Shown here piece after piece: positions 46,093-54,569 of a stretch of 64,000 nt of DNA. Every line of letters starts with the position of its first letter. The first letter of the stretch is position 1. A program made the translations under genes and the position numbers. The notes beneath the pieces were generated by a model, which made no database searches, was not told where the DNA came from, and was given only the letters and a program-made list of their open reading frames with translations. Source of the stretch: a phage; the sequence record PZ445429.1, one strand, 5' to 3'.

Positions 46093-46417
46093 GGAAGGAA
46101 GCGTTGATGGACAGTCAATTGTCAATCATGCTTTCGATCTTACAGTAGGATGTGCTAATCCGCTGGTGGCAGGTGAAACAGCAGATATTCTTGGGCTTTT
46201 AATGGCAGTTGGCCAGTTAATTGAGATTACCCAAGAAGAGCTAGACAATAATGAAGAAGTAACTGTTCATGATGTTCTCGGTGCTCTAGATCTGATTGTT
46301 AATGCTTACGCTTATAAACGCCGCCACTCAATTGATGAATATCTAGTTTCTCGTGAGATTACTGAATCTCTTCTGGAAACTGCTGATATGGCCTTAAACG
46401 GCAAGCAACTTCACTAA
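46034..46417 (+). CDS. hypothetical acidic protein (127 aa)
   Basis: ATG 46034; terminator 46425-46452. Confidence 0.45.
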   Translation: MTQKKNPVLEQMKQLEKQIEEGSVDGQSIVNHAFDLTVGCANPLVAGETADILGLLMAVGQLIEITQEELDNNEEVTVHDVLGALDLIVNAYAYKRRHSIDEYLVSREITESLLETADMALNGKQLH

Positions 46418-46461
46418 TCCTAGAGGCCAGGACTTAATTGTTCTGGCCTTTCGTGTATACT

Positions 46462-46980
46462 ATGAGAGATAAAATAAACGAATTACTTTATGAGGAAGCA
46501 TTACAGTTTCCCATAAATAGATTCACTAAATCAGATGGATCTATTAATAGAATTAAACTCAAACAACTTCATCCAGACTTCCAGCAAGATGCACTTAATC
46601 TAATCTTTATCAGGAGAGCTGTAGAAGCACATGGTAAGTTCTTTGGATATGAAAGAGTTAAGTATAGAACTATGCAACAGCAGGTTGAGATCTATTGCCC
46701 AGATCACGATGGTTACTTCTTACAAACTGCACGGTCTCACTTAGAAGGACATGGTTGCCGATTATGTGCTCATAAAGTTGTAACACGCTTAACAGAATAT
46801 GGAGTGTATACCGTACCAGCACCTTTCCACAAATTTGTAGTTGACGGTGAGCACATAATTTGGTATAATAAAGATCAAAAGTTAAAACAGGAGTTAAAGA
46901 AAGATGGAGTACGTAGTCTGGTCAAACCCCTTAGCTCTACTATCCCACAAACTGTTCAAGACGACGTGGGGAAGGAATGA
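46462..46980 (+). CDS. Cys/His-rich protein, possible nuclease-like zinc finger
   Basis: CPDHDG ... HLEGHGCRLCAH; next ORF (46904-47191) overlaps in another frame, possible frameshifted single gene. Confidence 0.35.
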   Translation: MRDKINELLYEEALQFPINRFTKSDGSINRIKLKQLHPDFQQDALNLIFIRRAVEAHGKFFGYERVKYRTMQQQVEIYCPDHDGYFLQTARSHLEGHGCRLCAHKVVTRLTEYGVYTVPAPFHKFVVDGEHIIWYNKDQKLKQELKKDGVRSLVKPLSSTIPQTVQDDVGKE

Positions 46981-47191
46981 GATAACTGTTAATGAGAATC
47001 CCCTTAATCATCAACATCCTTTAGTCCCAATTCTCTACAAGATTACTATAAATGGTACAGAATACCTATTAGATGATTTCGGTAAAGAGTTTGTACAAGA
47101 AGCCATAGACGATAATAACGTTTCTATGGGAGAATTAATTAATAGAGCATCTAATTTTGATAAGAGTTGGATGTTAATTTGGAGTAACTAA
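46904..47191 (+). CDS. hypothetical protein (95 aa), possibly downstream part of frameshifted gene
   Basis: overlaps previous ORF by 77 nt in different frame. Confidence 0.3.
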   Translation: MEYVVWSNPLALLSHKLFKTTWGRNEITVNENPLNHQHPLVPILYKITINGTEYLLDDFGKEFVQEAIDDNNVSMGELINRASNFDKSWMLIWSN

Positions 47192-47424
47192 TGGAAATTG
47201 TAGCAAGCGTCTTAGTAGTTATGTTATTCATAGTAATACTTGTATCTTTCGTTATTATGCGTAGAGCCAGAGAATTAGCAGAGGATCTAACAAAGTTACG
47301 TGGCGAGGTGGCTACTCTTAAACTACAGCGTGAATCTCTCAAGCTATTCGTGGCTCAAGGTAGCCTAGAGCATGCACCAGAAGACTTCATCGTATATCTT
47401 AAACGTTACATGGGAATCAAATAA
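47191..47424 (+). CDS. membrane protein (77 aa)
   Basis: N-terminal TM helix. Confidence 0.4.
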   Translation: MEIVASVLVVMLFIVILVSFVIMRRARELAEDLTKLRGEVATLKLQRESLKLFVAQGSLEHAPEDFIVYLKRYMGIK

Positions 47425-47609
47425 TGGAAACATTACTTCTTATATTACTAGGCGTGTCACTCCTGACAATCCTGGGGCTGATACTGATTTGCAGTCGCCT
47501 TAACGTTAAGAATCTAGAATTAAATAGTGAAAATGAAATTCTTAACCGAGAAATTAAACAACATAATATCGCAGCTCGTAAGCTGTTAGATAAACTGGAG
47601 AATAGATAA
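47424..47609 (+). CDS. membrane protein (61 aa)
   Basis: N-terminal TM helix. Confidence 0.4.
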   Translation: METLLLILLGVSLLTILGLILICSRLNVKNLELNSENEILNREIKQHNIAARKLLDKLENR

Positions 47610-48220
47610 TGTTTACACAACAAACCATTAAAGTAGTAGCAGATCATGAACTCGACACATGGGATTACAGCTTTAAAGATCTGACTGCTACAGTACAGTT
47701 TAAATCTATGCAACTGTCGTTTTTGCACACTGATCTTCAAGGTTGCAAGGAATTTCAGGCTAAGCTCATGAATGCTCGTGCTATCTTTGGCACGGCTCGT
47801 ATCCCGGCTGATAATCTGATTAATACACTAATCGATGCTGGATACAAACTCGTGAAGACTGAGGTGAATCGCCCTAGTACTCCAGTGACTATTCGGGATC
47901 CGTGGCAGTCAGGGCCAATCGCAATGCTGAATAATTCTGATAAAAGATTAATGTCGGATATGCACAATGTTCCTTGTGGTGGCGTGGTAAGCAATACGCA
48001 ATCATATAAGTTTGGGGAAGCATCTAGCGTAGACGAGTGGAATAAAGCTGGCGTTGCAATGATGGGCTTTGCAAAAGATCGCGGAGCACAAGAAGACTCC
48101 GGAGTTTCTAGGAACTCATACACAATTCGTTTGAGCAATCCTAGCAAAGAAGGTGAGCTTGAAGAAATGTTAACGAAAGTATTCGAAGCTATTGATGCAG
48201 ATAAGGCTAGAGGTCGTTAA
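47609..48220 (+). CDS. hypothetical protein (203 aa)
   Basis: coupled ORF. Confidence 0.5.
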   Translation: MFTQQTIKVVADHELDTWDYSFKDLTATVQFKSMQLSFLHTDLQGCKEFQAKLMNARAIFGTARIPADNLINTLIDAGYKLVKTEVNRPSTPVTIRDPWQSGPIAMLNNSDKRLMSDMHNVPCGGVVSNTQSYKFGEASSVDEWNKAGVAMMGFAKDRGAQEDSGVSRNSYTIRLSNPSKEGELEEMLTKVFEAIDADKARGR

Positions 48221-49110
48221 TGGGATTTTATAGTAATAGAAAGCCGAAAGGTGTAGTTGGTAAATTCGCGGTGGAAGAGAGACCTTTTCCACCGGTCGAT
48301 GTAGAGAAACTACGTGAACTTCTAGAAATGCTAGAAGGTTGCCATGAACGTTGTTACTCTGAGCTTTCTTTAAACGAGAAACGTGTTGTTGAGATGTTCT
48401 GTATTCGGTCAGCTAGAACAGTTAGAGGTACTTCTCCAAAAGATGAAGTAAAAGAGTACAGAGTTCTTGTGATGCATGCTTGGGCACAACGTTTTGCAGT
48501 TCATTCACTTCAGGAATGGTTTAATCTTCCAGCATATAAAGATTTCCATGTTTATGAAGATGAAGTTATGAATTATAATGAGTTGTACGGTTTGTCATTT
48601 AAAAAGACAGGCTCACCAATGCATGATGCACTCAACTCATTCCCTGATCATTATCTTCCAGTTCGTGAATACAGAGATCGTGAAGGAAATAAACCTTGCT
48701 TCACTATATGGAATAAGTCTAAGACAATATCTGATCTAGATAATTATTGGTTCCGCACAAAAGAAGGATTCCTAGGAACAGAACCTTTACCTAAGGATCT
48801 CAAGCCTATCCTTCCACCTGTGAAACCTAAGCATGAAGTAACGATTGCTATTAATAGAATAATTCTAGGAGCAGATGATCTTACCAAACAAATCGCCGCA
48901 GTTATTGCAGTTCTGTTTGAAGGTACAAAATCTTCTACACGTTATGAGAAGCTAACTGATAACAAATTGCAGATACCTAACGAGTTGTACGAGAGTTCAT
49001 GTAAGATCTATGATAACTTCAGTAAAGTAGATTACCCTGTGAGATCCCTAGGAGAACTCATGGAGTATGCGGAGATGGGGATGAAAGGAAACCTCATGTT
49101 CGATGAATAA
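48220..49110 (+). CDS. hypothetical protein (296 aa); last early-region gene before repeat field
   Basis: coupled ORF, ATGA overlap with previous. Confidence 0.5.
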   Translation: MGFYSNRKPKGVVGKFAVEERPFPPVDVEKLRELLEMLEGCHERCYSELSLNEKRVVEMFCIRSARTVRGTSPKDEVKEYRVLVMHAWAQRFAVHSLQEWFNLPAYKDFHVYEDEVMNYNELYGLSFKKTGSPMHDALNSFPDHYLPVREYRDREGNKPCFTIWNKSKTISDLDNYWFRTKEGFLGTEPLPKDLKPILPPVKPKHEVTIAINRIILGADDLTKQIAAVIAVLFEGTKSSTRYEKLTDNKLQIPNELYESSCKIYDNFSKVDYPVRSLGELMEYAEMGMKGNLMFDE

Positions 49111-49117
49111 ACTCTAC

Positions 49118-49146
49118 TTGACGTTATGATTTCTGCATGTTATAAT
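49118..49146 (+). promoter_or_regulatory. strong sigma70-type promoter TTGACG-N17-TATAAT with no ORF downstream
   Basis: near-consensus hexamers; next 1.5 kb has no credible ORF. Confidence 0.5.
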
Positions 49147-49505
49147 AACTCTATGAAATAACATAGAATAAAGAGATCCACCCGGATACGGATGGTGGAT
49201 GGGAAACTTCTATTTCCCCCGTAGCTCGTCGGAGGGCTAGGGAAATCTTCAGAAGTTTTGTACCATCTCACGCAATTCGTATCCCAGGGGTGGAACATCT
49301 CTCACAATCCTTGAGGATCTTATACTTAAATTAAAGTTAAAACTTTTGACCACATAATTCACATTCAAGATGATACACTTGTTGCCGCCGCTCTTCCTAG
49401 GATGGCACAACACTTTCTAGTAGACTCCTAAGTTTCTAGGAAAACCCTGTCGTATTTGCCCATGTTATAGGGCAGTTTCTCCTGTTCCTAGAAACTCCAG
49501 CAATA

Positions 49506-49577
49506 GGCGGTTTAATACAGGGCGGTTTAATACAGGGCGGTTTAATACAGGGCGGTTATGGGGAGGGCGGTTATTTC
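49506..49577. repeat. 15-bp tandem direct repeat GGGCGGTTTAATACA x3 plus degenerate copies
   Basis: three exact head-to-tail copies followed by GGGCGGTTATG and GGGAGGGCGGTTAT. Confidence 0.8.
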
Positions 49578-49615
49578 TAGACAACATTTTTCCAAAACAC
49601 ATTTCTGGATTTTAC

Positions 49616-50217
49616 TGTCGGATTTGCACACTATGTTTCTAGAAATTTATGGTCGGATTTGCACATTGATAGGAGTCTCCAAAGTTTTTAGGAACACTGA
49701 AAATAGCAGCATTATTTCGGGCCGAAGGCCCGTATTTGCCTGAGTTTTTAGAGCCACAGGAATTTTCACTTGTCAAGCGATTTTGCCCCATTTTGCTAAT
49801 AAAATTTCGCTTTATCTCCACTAATCTCAATTCTAGCCAAAACATCCCACATTATCCCCAAAAACGCAGCAAACCGGTGCTGAAGCACCACCACAGCTGC
49901 ACCCTCCATAGTTCCTCCAAAAAACCTCGTCGGATTCGCACTTCTCCCCAAACTCACACAATCATACACCCTCTCATCGAAGTCACAAAAATCTTGTCGG
50001 TTTTGCACACCTTAACACTTGTCGTATTTGCACATATTCTAGTAAATCCAGCTGGATTGCATCGCAGTTGTGGATTGCTGGAGTTTTTAGGAAAATTCAT
50101 TGTCGGATTCGCACATATAAAAAATATTTCCCATCGGATTTGCACACTACCAAAAATTGTCGGATTCGCACATGCACACTGGCACGTAATCCGTGGGGGC
50201 AAATGTCGGATTTGCAC
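49616..50217. repeat. iteron array: at least 9 dispersed copies of TGTCGGATT(T/C)GCACA
   Basis: copies near 49616, 49651, 49926, 49994, 50019, 50101, 50132, 50158, 50203, mostly same orientation, irregular spacing. Confidence 0.75.
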
Positions 50218-50259
50218 AAAAGCGCAGGGCAAAAATGAAAATGCCCTGCCTGCCGAAAT

Positions 50260-50440
50260 GCGAATGATAATGAGATTGATTAGCATTTGAGAAGTTGAAT
50301 GCGAATGAGAATGATTCGCGTTTAGAAAGAGGAATGAGAATGGTTATCATTTAGAAAGCGGAATGAGAACAGTTATCATTTATAGAGTTGAATGCGAATG
50401 AGTCGCATAATGAGAATGATTCGCGTTTAGAAATGGAAGT
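50260..50440. repeat. GAATGAGAATG-type direct repeat family
   Basis: TTGAATGCGAATGAG...AATGATTCGCGTTTAGAAA twice and GGAATGAGAA(T/C)(G/A)GTTATCATTTA twice. Confidence 0.7.
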
Positions 50441-50460
50441 GAGAAACACTGTTATTTAAG

Positions 50461-50543
50461 TTATCAACAGGTTTATTAACAGCACGATTTGACTTGACAA
50501 AATCCTAGCGATTTTGAGGCGTTATCAACAGACTTATTAACAG
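50461..50543. promoter_or_regulatory. cluster of four DnaA-box-like 9-mers
   Basis: TTATCAACA x2 and TTATTAACA x2 (1-2 mismatches to TTATCCACA). Confidence 0.4.
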
Positions 50544-50550
50544 GTTATTC

Positions 50551-50570
50551 TACTGTATAAATATACAGTA
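50551..50570. promoter_or_regulatory. LexA (SOS) box, near-consensus
   Basis: TACTGTATAAATATACAGTA (consensus TACTGTATATATATACAGTA, 1 mismatch). Confidence 0.55.
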
Positions 50571-50599
50571 TTCCTATACAGTGAATAATTCTAATATAG

Positions 50600-50630
50600 C
50601 TCTAAAACGCTCTGTAACGCATCCTAACGC
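50600..50630. repeat. 31-bp direct-repeat motif TCTAAAACGCTCTGTAACGCAT(C/T)CTAA(C/G)CGC, copy 1
   Basis: second copy at 54886-54916, both preceded by TTATTAACAGG. Confidence 0.6.
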
Positions 50631-50715
50631 GTTTATTTTTGGAGGAGGTATTTTAATAAGGGGAAATTTGTTTGCAGGCAGAAAAGGCGGGGCCGATAGT
50701 TGCGCCCCGTTATTA

Positions 50716-50955
50716 TTAGTCTGCTATGTATTCCTTCTCGTAGTCGTCAAAGATCTGGACGGTTTCGGCTGGCGTATATCCGTATGAATCAAAATGCGTA
50801 CATGTTGAAACTGAATTGATCCACGCCCCTAGCGCCGCCGTACTAGCTCCGCTTTTCTGCATTTCTAAAAATTGCGCATATTGCGCATCAGTTAAATGAT
50901 GCTGCATAATATCGGTTTCTTTACGTTCTACATATCGTAAAATTCTTACAGCCAT
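50716..50955 (-). CDS. pre-early cassette protein (79 aa)
   Basis: minus-strand ORF with RBS AGGAG; last gene of IR-bracketed cassette. Confidence 0.45.
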   Translation of the reverse strand: MAVRILRYVERKETDIMQHHLTDAQYAQFLEMQKSGASTAALGAWINSVSTCTHFDSYGYTPAETVQIFDDYEKEYIAD

Positions 50956-51078
50956 GCCATTGCTCCTAGAATGAGAATGATTATCAATATCATTGTAAAG
51001 CCATTACCAAATCGTAAACGCTGGGAATGTTTCCCAGCGGTATTATTAGATTTATGGCTTTGTGTTTTTCGCCACCAG

Positions 51079-51279
51079 CTATTCACGGTAAACGCTCCAA
51101 CCGTCTAGCTTCCATTCCTCCCCCTTGCGAATATTGAAAAACCAATCATTAAAATTGTAACCATCTTCCGACATGATCACGCCGTTTTCTTTCATGTACA
51201 AAAATTCATCGCTAGTAAAATATTGATTACTAACTTTGAAACCTTGTTTCATTTTTTCTAACGCTTCATCTTTAGTCAT
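51079..51279 (-). CDS. pre-early cassette protein (66 aa)
   Basis: minus-strand ORF, coupled to upstream gene. Confidence 0.45.
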   Translation of the reverse strand: MTKDEALEKMKQGFKVSNQYFTSDEFLYMKENGVIMSEDGYNFNDWFFNIRKGEEWKLDGWSVYRE

Positions 51280-51620
51280 TGCGCCACCTTTCGAAACGCT
51301 GTTTCGATACTTTCAGCGGTTGATTGAATATATGCGCCTTTCATAATCAGGCGCTCTGTACATACTTTGCGGAAAATGTCAATAAATTCATTTTCATTTT
51401 CTGCTACTAATGGCTCACCCATAACCTGTACATCACATGCGCCAAAAGTAAGAAACTGGAAGGCAAGCTCGCGAGCAACAACGGCATTAATCTTATAATG
51501 TGCTTTGCCTTCATAGATATTAACCACGCCTTTATAAACTGGTGAAAGCTGATTTAAATAGCTTGCTAATAATGCCGGACGGCAATTAGTAACAAAACGA
51601 TTACCCTCGTATATAACCAT
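51276..51620 (-). CDS. pre-early cassette protein (114 aa)
   Basis: minus-strand ORF with RBS. Confidence 0.5.
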   Translation of the reverse strand: MVIYEGNRFVTNCRPALLASYLNQLSPVYKGVVNIYEGKAHYKINAVVARELAFQFLTFGACDVQVMGEPLVAENENEFIDIFRKVCTERLIMKGAYIQSTAESIETAFRKVAQ

Positions 51621-51729
51621 TTGTCAAGCTCCTAAAGCTGGGAAAATATCAGGTACATTTTTAAAACAAATGCAGCGAATGAGCAAACAACGCCAACGGT
51701 AGCAAACGCTAGAGCAATATATAAGGATC

Positions 51730-51948
51730 TCATAATACCCCCCGAAAAGCAGCGTAAAAGGTGGCAAAGTGTTTAACCGTTTCGGCTACCAAATTTCCGC
51801 GCTTGTCAAATTTCTTTTCAGTAACACGAAACGCGTTTTTGTTGCGTGCTACATATTCGATTTTACAATCTGGACGCTCAAACGTGTTAACATCCACCAG
51901 CTTAAAACCTTTAGAACGGGCAAGGGAAACATTCTTTAACATTTGCAT
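51730..51948 (-). CDS. pre-early cassette protein (~72 aa)
   Basis: start set at ATG after RBS AGGAG (track ORF 51730-52035 overlaps neighbour). Confidence 0.4.
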   Translation of the reverse strand: MQMLKNVSLARSKGFKLVDVNTFERPDCKIEYVARNKNAFRVTEKKFDKRGNLVAETVKHFATFYAAFRGVL

Positions 51949-51995
51949 GACTCCTAGTAAGGGAATGAGGGGCGAAAGTAACGCCCCGTTATTAT

Positions 51996-52226
51996 TTACA
52001 TTAAAACAATTTTCGCCGCTTGCTTTTTGGTGCAATGTTCTGATTTCAACGTGTCCAGCAAAAATCCGGCGGTTTGCTGGTCAATCTTATCATTATCATA
52101 AAGCGCCTGAATGGTAACATAAGTTTTACCAATCCCAAATTCAGAAACCATCTGATCAATAATCCAGCGATTAGACACCCAACCTTTACCAGTGAAAAGA
52201 GAGTCAGAAGAAGAGAAAGCAACCAT
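51996..52226 (-). CDS. pre-early cassette protein (76 aa)
   Basis: minus-strand ORF with RBS GGAGG. Confidence 0.45.
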   Translation of the reverse strand: MVAFSSSDSLFTGKGWVSNRWIIDQMVSEFGIGKTYVTIQALYDNDKIDQQTAGFLLDTLKSEHCTKKQAAKIVLM

Positions 52227-52333
52227 TTTAACGCCTCCTAGAAATCAGGGAAAATTTTCAATCCACCGTTTCGGTGTAAAGGCATTATAACAAAAAAGGC
52301 CGCCGATTAAGGCGACCTTTACAAAACTTTACA

Positions 52334-52828
52334 TTAGACTATTTCTAATGCTTCCACGCCGAAACAGCGTTTTAGTTCTTTCTGTAAAACGGCATATTCA
52401 CCCCAACGGGAATTATCAGGAATATAAACAAGCTGTTTTAATCGATTTGCATATAATAACGCCTTGTTACCAACTATTTCCGCGCCACCGTGTTTAATAA
52501 TTAGTTTCATAACGGTATTAATAGGATCGCCGCCATTTACATAAGTACCGGACTTACTCAATTGATAATGATAAAGACTCGCATATACATTATCATTTTC
52601 AATCCATTCCCCTGTTTCTTCATTTTCTTCCCCATCGCTACCGAAACGAGAAGCATTATCATATGCGTGTTCGTTTGCGAAAGCGTCCAGATCACAGCCA
52701 GCGGGAACAAAATGTTCTTCCGTCCAGCCCTCCCCACAATAGCCAGTATGACAATCAACTAAAACGATCATATCGTGTTTAGCTTCATTCACACTTTCTA
52801 GCGAAAAGCCATATTTTTCTTCTGACAT
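52334..52828 (-). CDS. pre-early cassette acidic protein (164 aa)
   Basis: minus-strand ORF with RBS GGAGACTAATTATG. Confidence 0.5.
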   Translation of the reverse strand: MSEEKYGFSLESVNEAKHDMIVLVDCHTGYCGEGWTEEHFVPAGCDLDAFANEHAYDNASRFGSDGEENEETGEWIENDNVYASLYHYQLSKSGTYVNGGDPINTVMKLIIKHGGAEIVGNKALLYANRLKQLVYIPDNSRWGEYAVLQKELKRCFGVEALEIV

Positions 52829-52841
52829 AATTAGTCTCCTA

Positions 52842-53150
52842 TTAATTAGTAGGGAAATAAAGAGAATTTGCTACACCGTAAAATCCTTTATTCAAGAAAA
52901 TTACGTCATCACGGACTATTTCATCCATTCCATAATCCAGCAAAGTTTCATCTACAAAAATACATAGCCAGCCATAACCACGATCAAAGAAAGCATGATA
53001 ATTATTCGCGCTTTCTACATGTTCCCATAAAAAGGGACGCCCTTGCTTTTCCCATATAGGAATATTGCTTTGATCGTCCGAATAATTAACATGTGGGCTA
53101 TTCGGCATTTTTTCGGCTAATTGCGCTAACATGATTTGATTTAGTTGCAT
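52842..53150 (-). CDS. pre-early cassette protein (102 aa)
   Basis: minus-strand ORF with RBS AGGAGACTAG. Confidence 0.5.
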   Translation of the reverse strand: MQLNQIMLAQLAEKMPNSPHVNYSDDQSNIPIWEKQGRPFLWEHVESANNYHAFFDRGYGWLCIFVDETLLDYGMDEIVRDDVIFLNKGFYGVANSLYFPTN

Positions 53151-53188
53151 AATAACTAGTCTCCTAACAATTAACAGGGAAATAGTAA

Positions 53189-53208
53189 AGCGGGGAATAA
53201 TCCCCGCT
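53189..53208. terminator. palindrome AGCGGGGAATAATCCCCGCT (family of three) downstream of minus-strand gene
   Basis: perfect GC-rich inverted repeat after stop of 53217-54212. Confidence 0.5.
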
Positions 53209-53216
53209 AGTAATTA

Positions 53217-54212
53217 TTACTCTGTTTCGGCGCTTTGAGTAAAGGTAGAAATGTCAATGCCTTTTACCATTTCATCGATCATTTCCGCAATGTTGAAACT
53301 CTGTACCATTTCCAACATTGCCGCTTCCATTGCCGCGCCTGCTACCGCTTTAGCTTTCGCATTAGTCGGGGCGTACTGGTCAACCGCTACGCTTAACAGG
53401 TTAGCGATCACTACGCGACCGATCGGCGTATCGATATAACCTTTAATCATAAACGGCGCTTTTTTCGCCGCTACTTTTGTGATTTGAATCAGTGCAATTT
53501 TACCCGCTTCCAATTTAGCAGCGTTTACAACGGCGGATTTATTAGCGGCAACGATAGAAGATACTTTAGACATAATATTTCCTTTATTTTCAGTAGTTTG
53601 CGCATTTGCGCTTGAAGTTTGAGATTGTACAGCCTGTTTTGTTACATTGTCAAGCGGTAAAAGTGTAAATCCAGCGTTTGCAACGTTTGATTCATTCCCA
53701 TACTCTAAATAATCGTTAGGGATCAACATGTTACCGCTAGCGCGTTCAAAACACAATACGCCAGTTGTTTCGATTGCGTCACTATCAGCACCTTTATAAC
53801 TGGATGATAATTCACGCCAGATACTAGATAGTAAATCTTCTACATCGCTGGAATTAATACCATTTACGCGAGTAGCGAAAACCATTTCTTTTTCTTGTAC
53901 ATTGTAACCACGGGCAATATAGCTTTTTTCGTCGTGACCTACAATGATAAAATCAATATCGCTTCCCCGCTGATTTCGCATGATGTGATAGTCACGGTTG
54001 TAAAGCACTAGAACGCGGGTAGGGTCTAGTAATTGTGTGAAATCACTTAAACAATAATGAGTATCATTATTATCTAAAATTTCATCGTGAATCTTTTCGA
54101 TAATAGTAGCCGTATGTTGTACGCTTGCCGCACTACTACCATCTAGCAGGTTGCGCAAACTACCCTTAATAATAGTGGCGTTTGCTGGTACTGCAATTCT
54201 TACAGTAGACAT
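53217..54212 (-). CDS. pre-early cassette protein (331 aa), first gene of minus-strand operon
   Basis: RBS GAGGGGGACAAAGAAATG; palindromic terminator downstream at 53189-53208. Confidence 0.55.
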   Translation of the reverse strand: MSTVRIAVPANATIIKGSLRNLLDGSSAASVQHTATIIEKIHDEILDNNDTHYCLSDFTQLLDPTRVLVLYNRDYHIMRNQRGSDIDFIIVGHDEKSYIARGYNVQEKEMVFATRVNGINSSDVEDLLSSIWRELSSSYKGADSDAIETTGVLCFERASGNMLIPNDYLEYGNESNVANAGFTLLPLDNVTKQAVQSQTSSANAQTTENKGNIMSKVSSIVAANKSAVVNAAKLEAGKIALIQITKVAAKKAPFMIKGYIDTPIGRVVIANLLSVAVDQYAPTNAKAKAVAGAAMEAAMLEMVQSFNIAEMIDEMVKGIDISTFTQSAETE

Positions 54213-54460
54213 TTCTTTGTCCCCCTCGTTAATCGGTGAGTGAATGATATAGATAATTGTTCGCTAGGGGCAAGAAAAAAGAAAAGGTTTTTTATTCCTT
54301 GCCTACTGCCTGTTTTTATGATAGCCGCGCGTTTTCTATTTCTAGCTCTCTGTATGCGTACACAAGGCTTTATTATAATAAGGGTAGCAGCGAGAAAACC
54401 GTTTAGAATGCGTTCTAGGCCGCTTAAATTTGATTGCGGTTGTTACTGCTACCATTCTAC

Positions 54461-54480
54461 CCTGTATATTTATACAGTAG
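54461..54480. promoter_or_regulatory. LexA (SOS) box
   Basis: CCTGTATATTTATACAGTAG, CTGT-N8-ACAG core; ~250 bp upstream of minus-strand operon start 54212. Confidence 0.5.
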
Positions 54481-54487
54481 GATAACC

Positions 54488-54569
54488 TGTGAATAAGTCT
54501 GTGGATAAGTCGCCAAAACGTCGCCTATTGCGTCAAGTTATTTTGTGCTGTGGATAACTTTGTGAATAA
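54488..54569. promoter_or_regulatory. cluster of four DnaA-box-like 9-mers
   Basis: TGTGGATAA x2 (perfect complement of TTATCCACA) and TGTGAATAA x2. Confidence 0.5.

Larger units (their letters stand above)
50461..50570. repeat. left arm of ~110-bp inverted repeat (DnaA-like boxes + LexA box)
   Basis: reverse complement of 54461-54570; inner 47 bp match with 3 mismatches. Confidence 0.65.

Noticed and set aside
49736-50290. 184-aa ORF (and overlapping minus-strand ORFs 49639-49845, 49796-50008, 49954-50286, 50147-50350) in the repeat field
   Set aside because: No RBS or promoter context, low-complexity translation driven by the repeated boxes, mutually overlapping frames; treated as non-coding
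49400-50450. Possible CRISPR array suggested by many short direct repeats
   Set aside because: Repeat units are 11-15 bp, spacing is irregular (20 to >200 bp), several repeat families are intermixed, and there are no cas genes; iterons or binding sites fit better
50581-50787. 68-aa plus-strand ORF starting just after the left LexA box
   Set aside because: Overlaps the 31-bp repeat motif and the 3' end of the minus-strand cassette; no RBS; hydrophobic low-complexity translation
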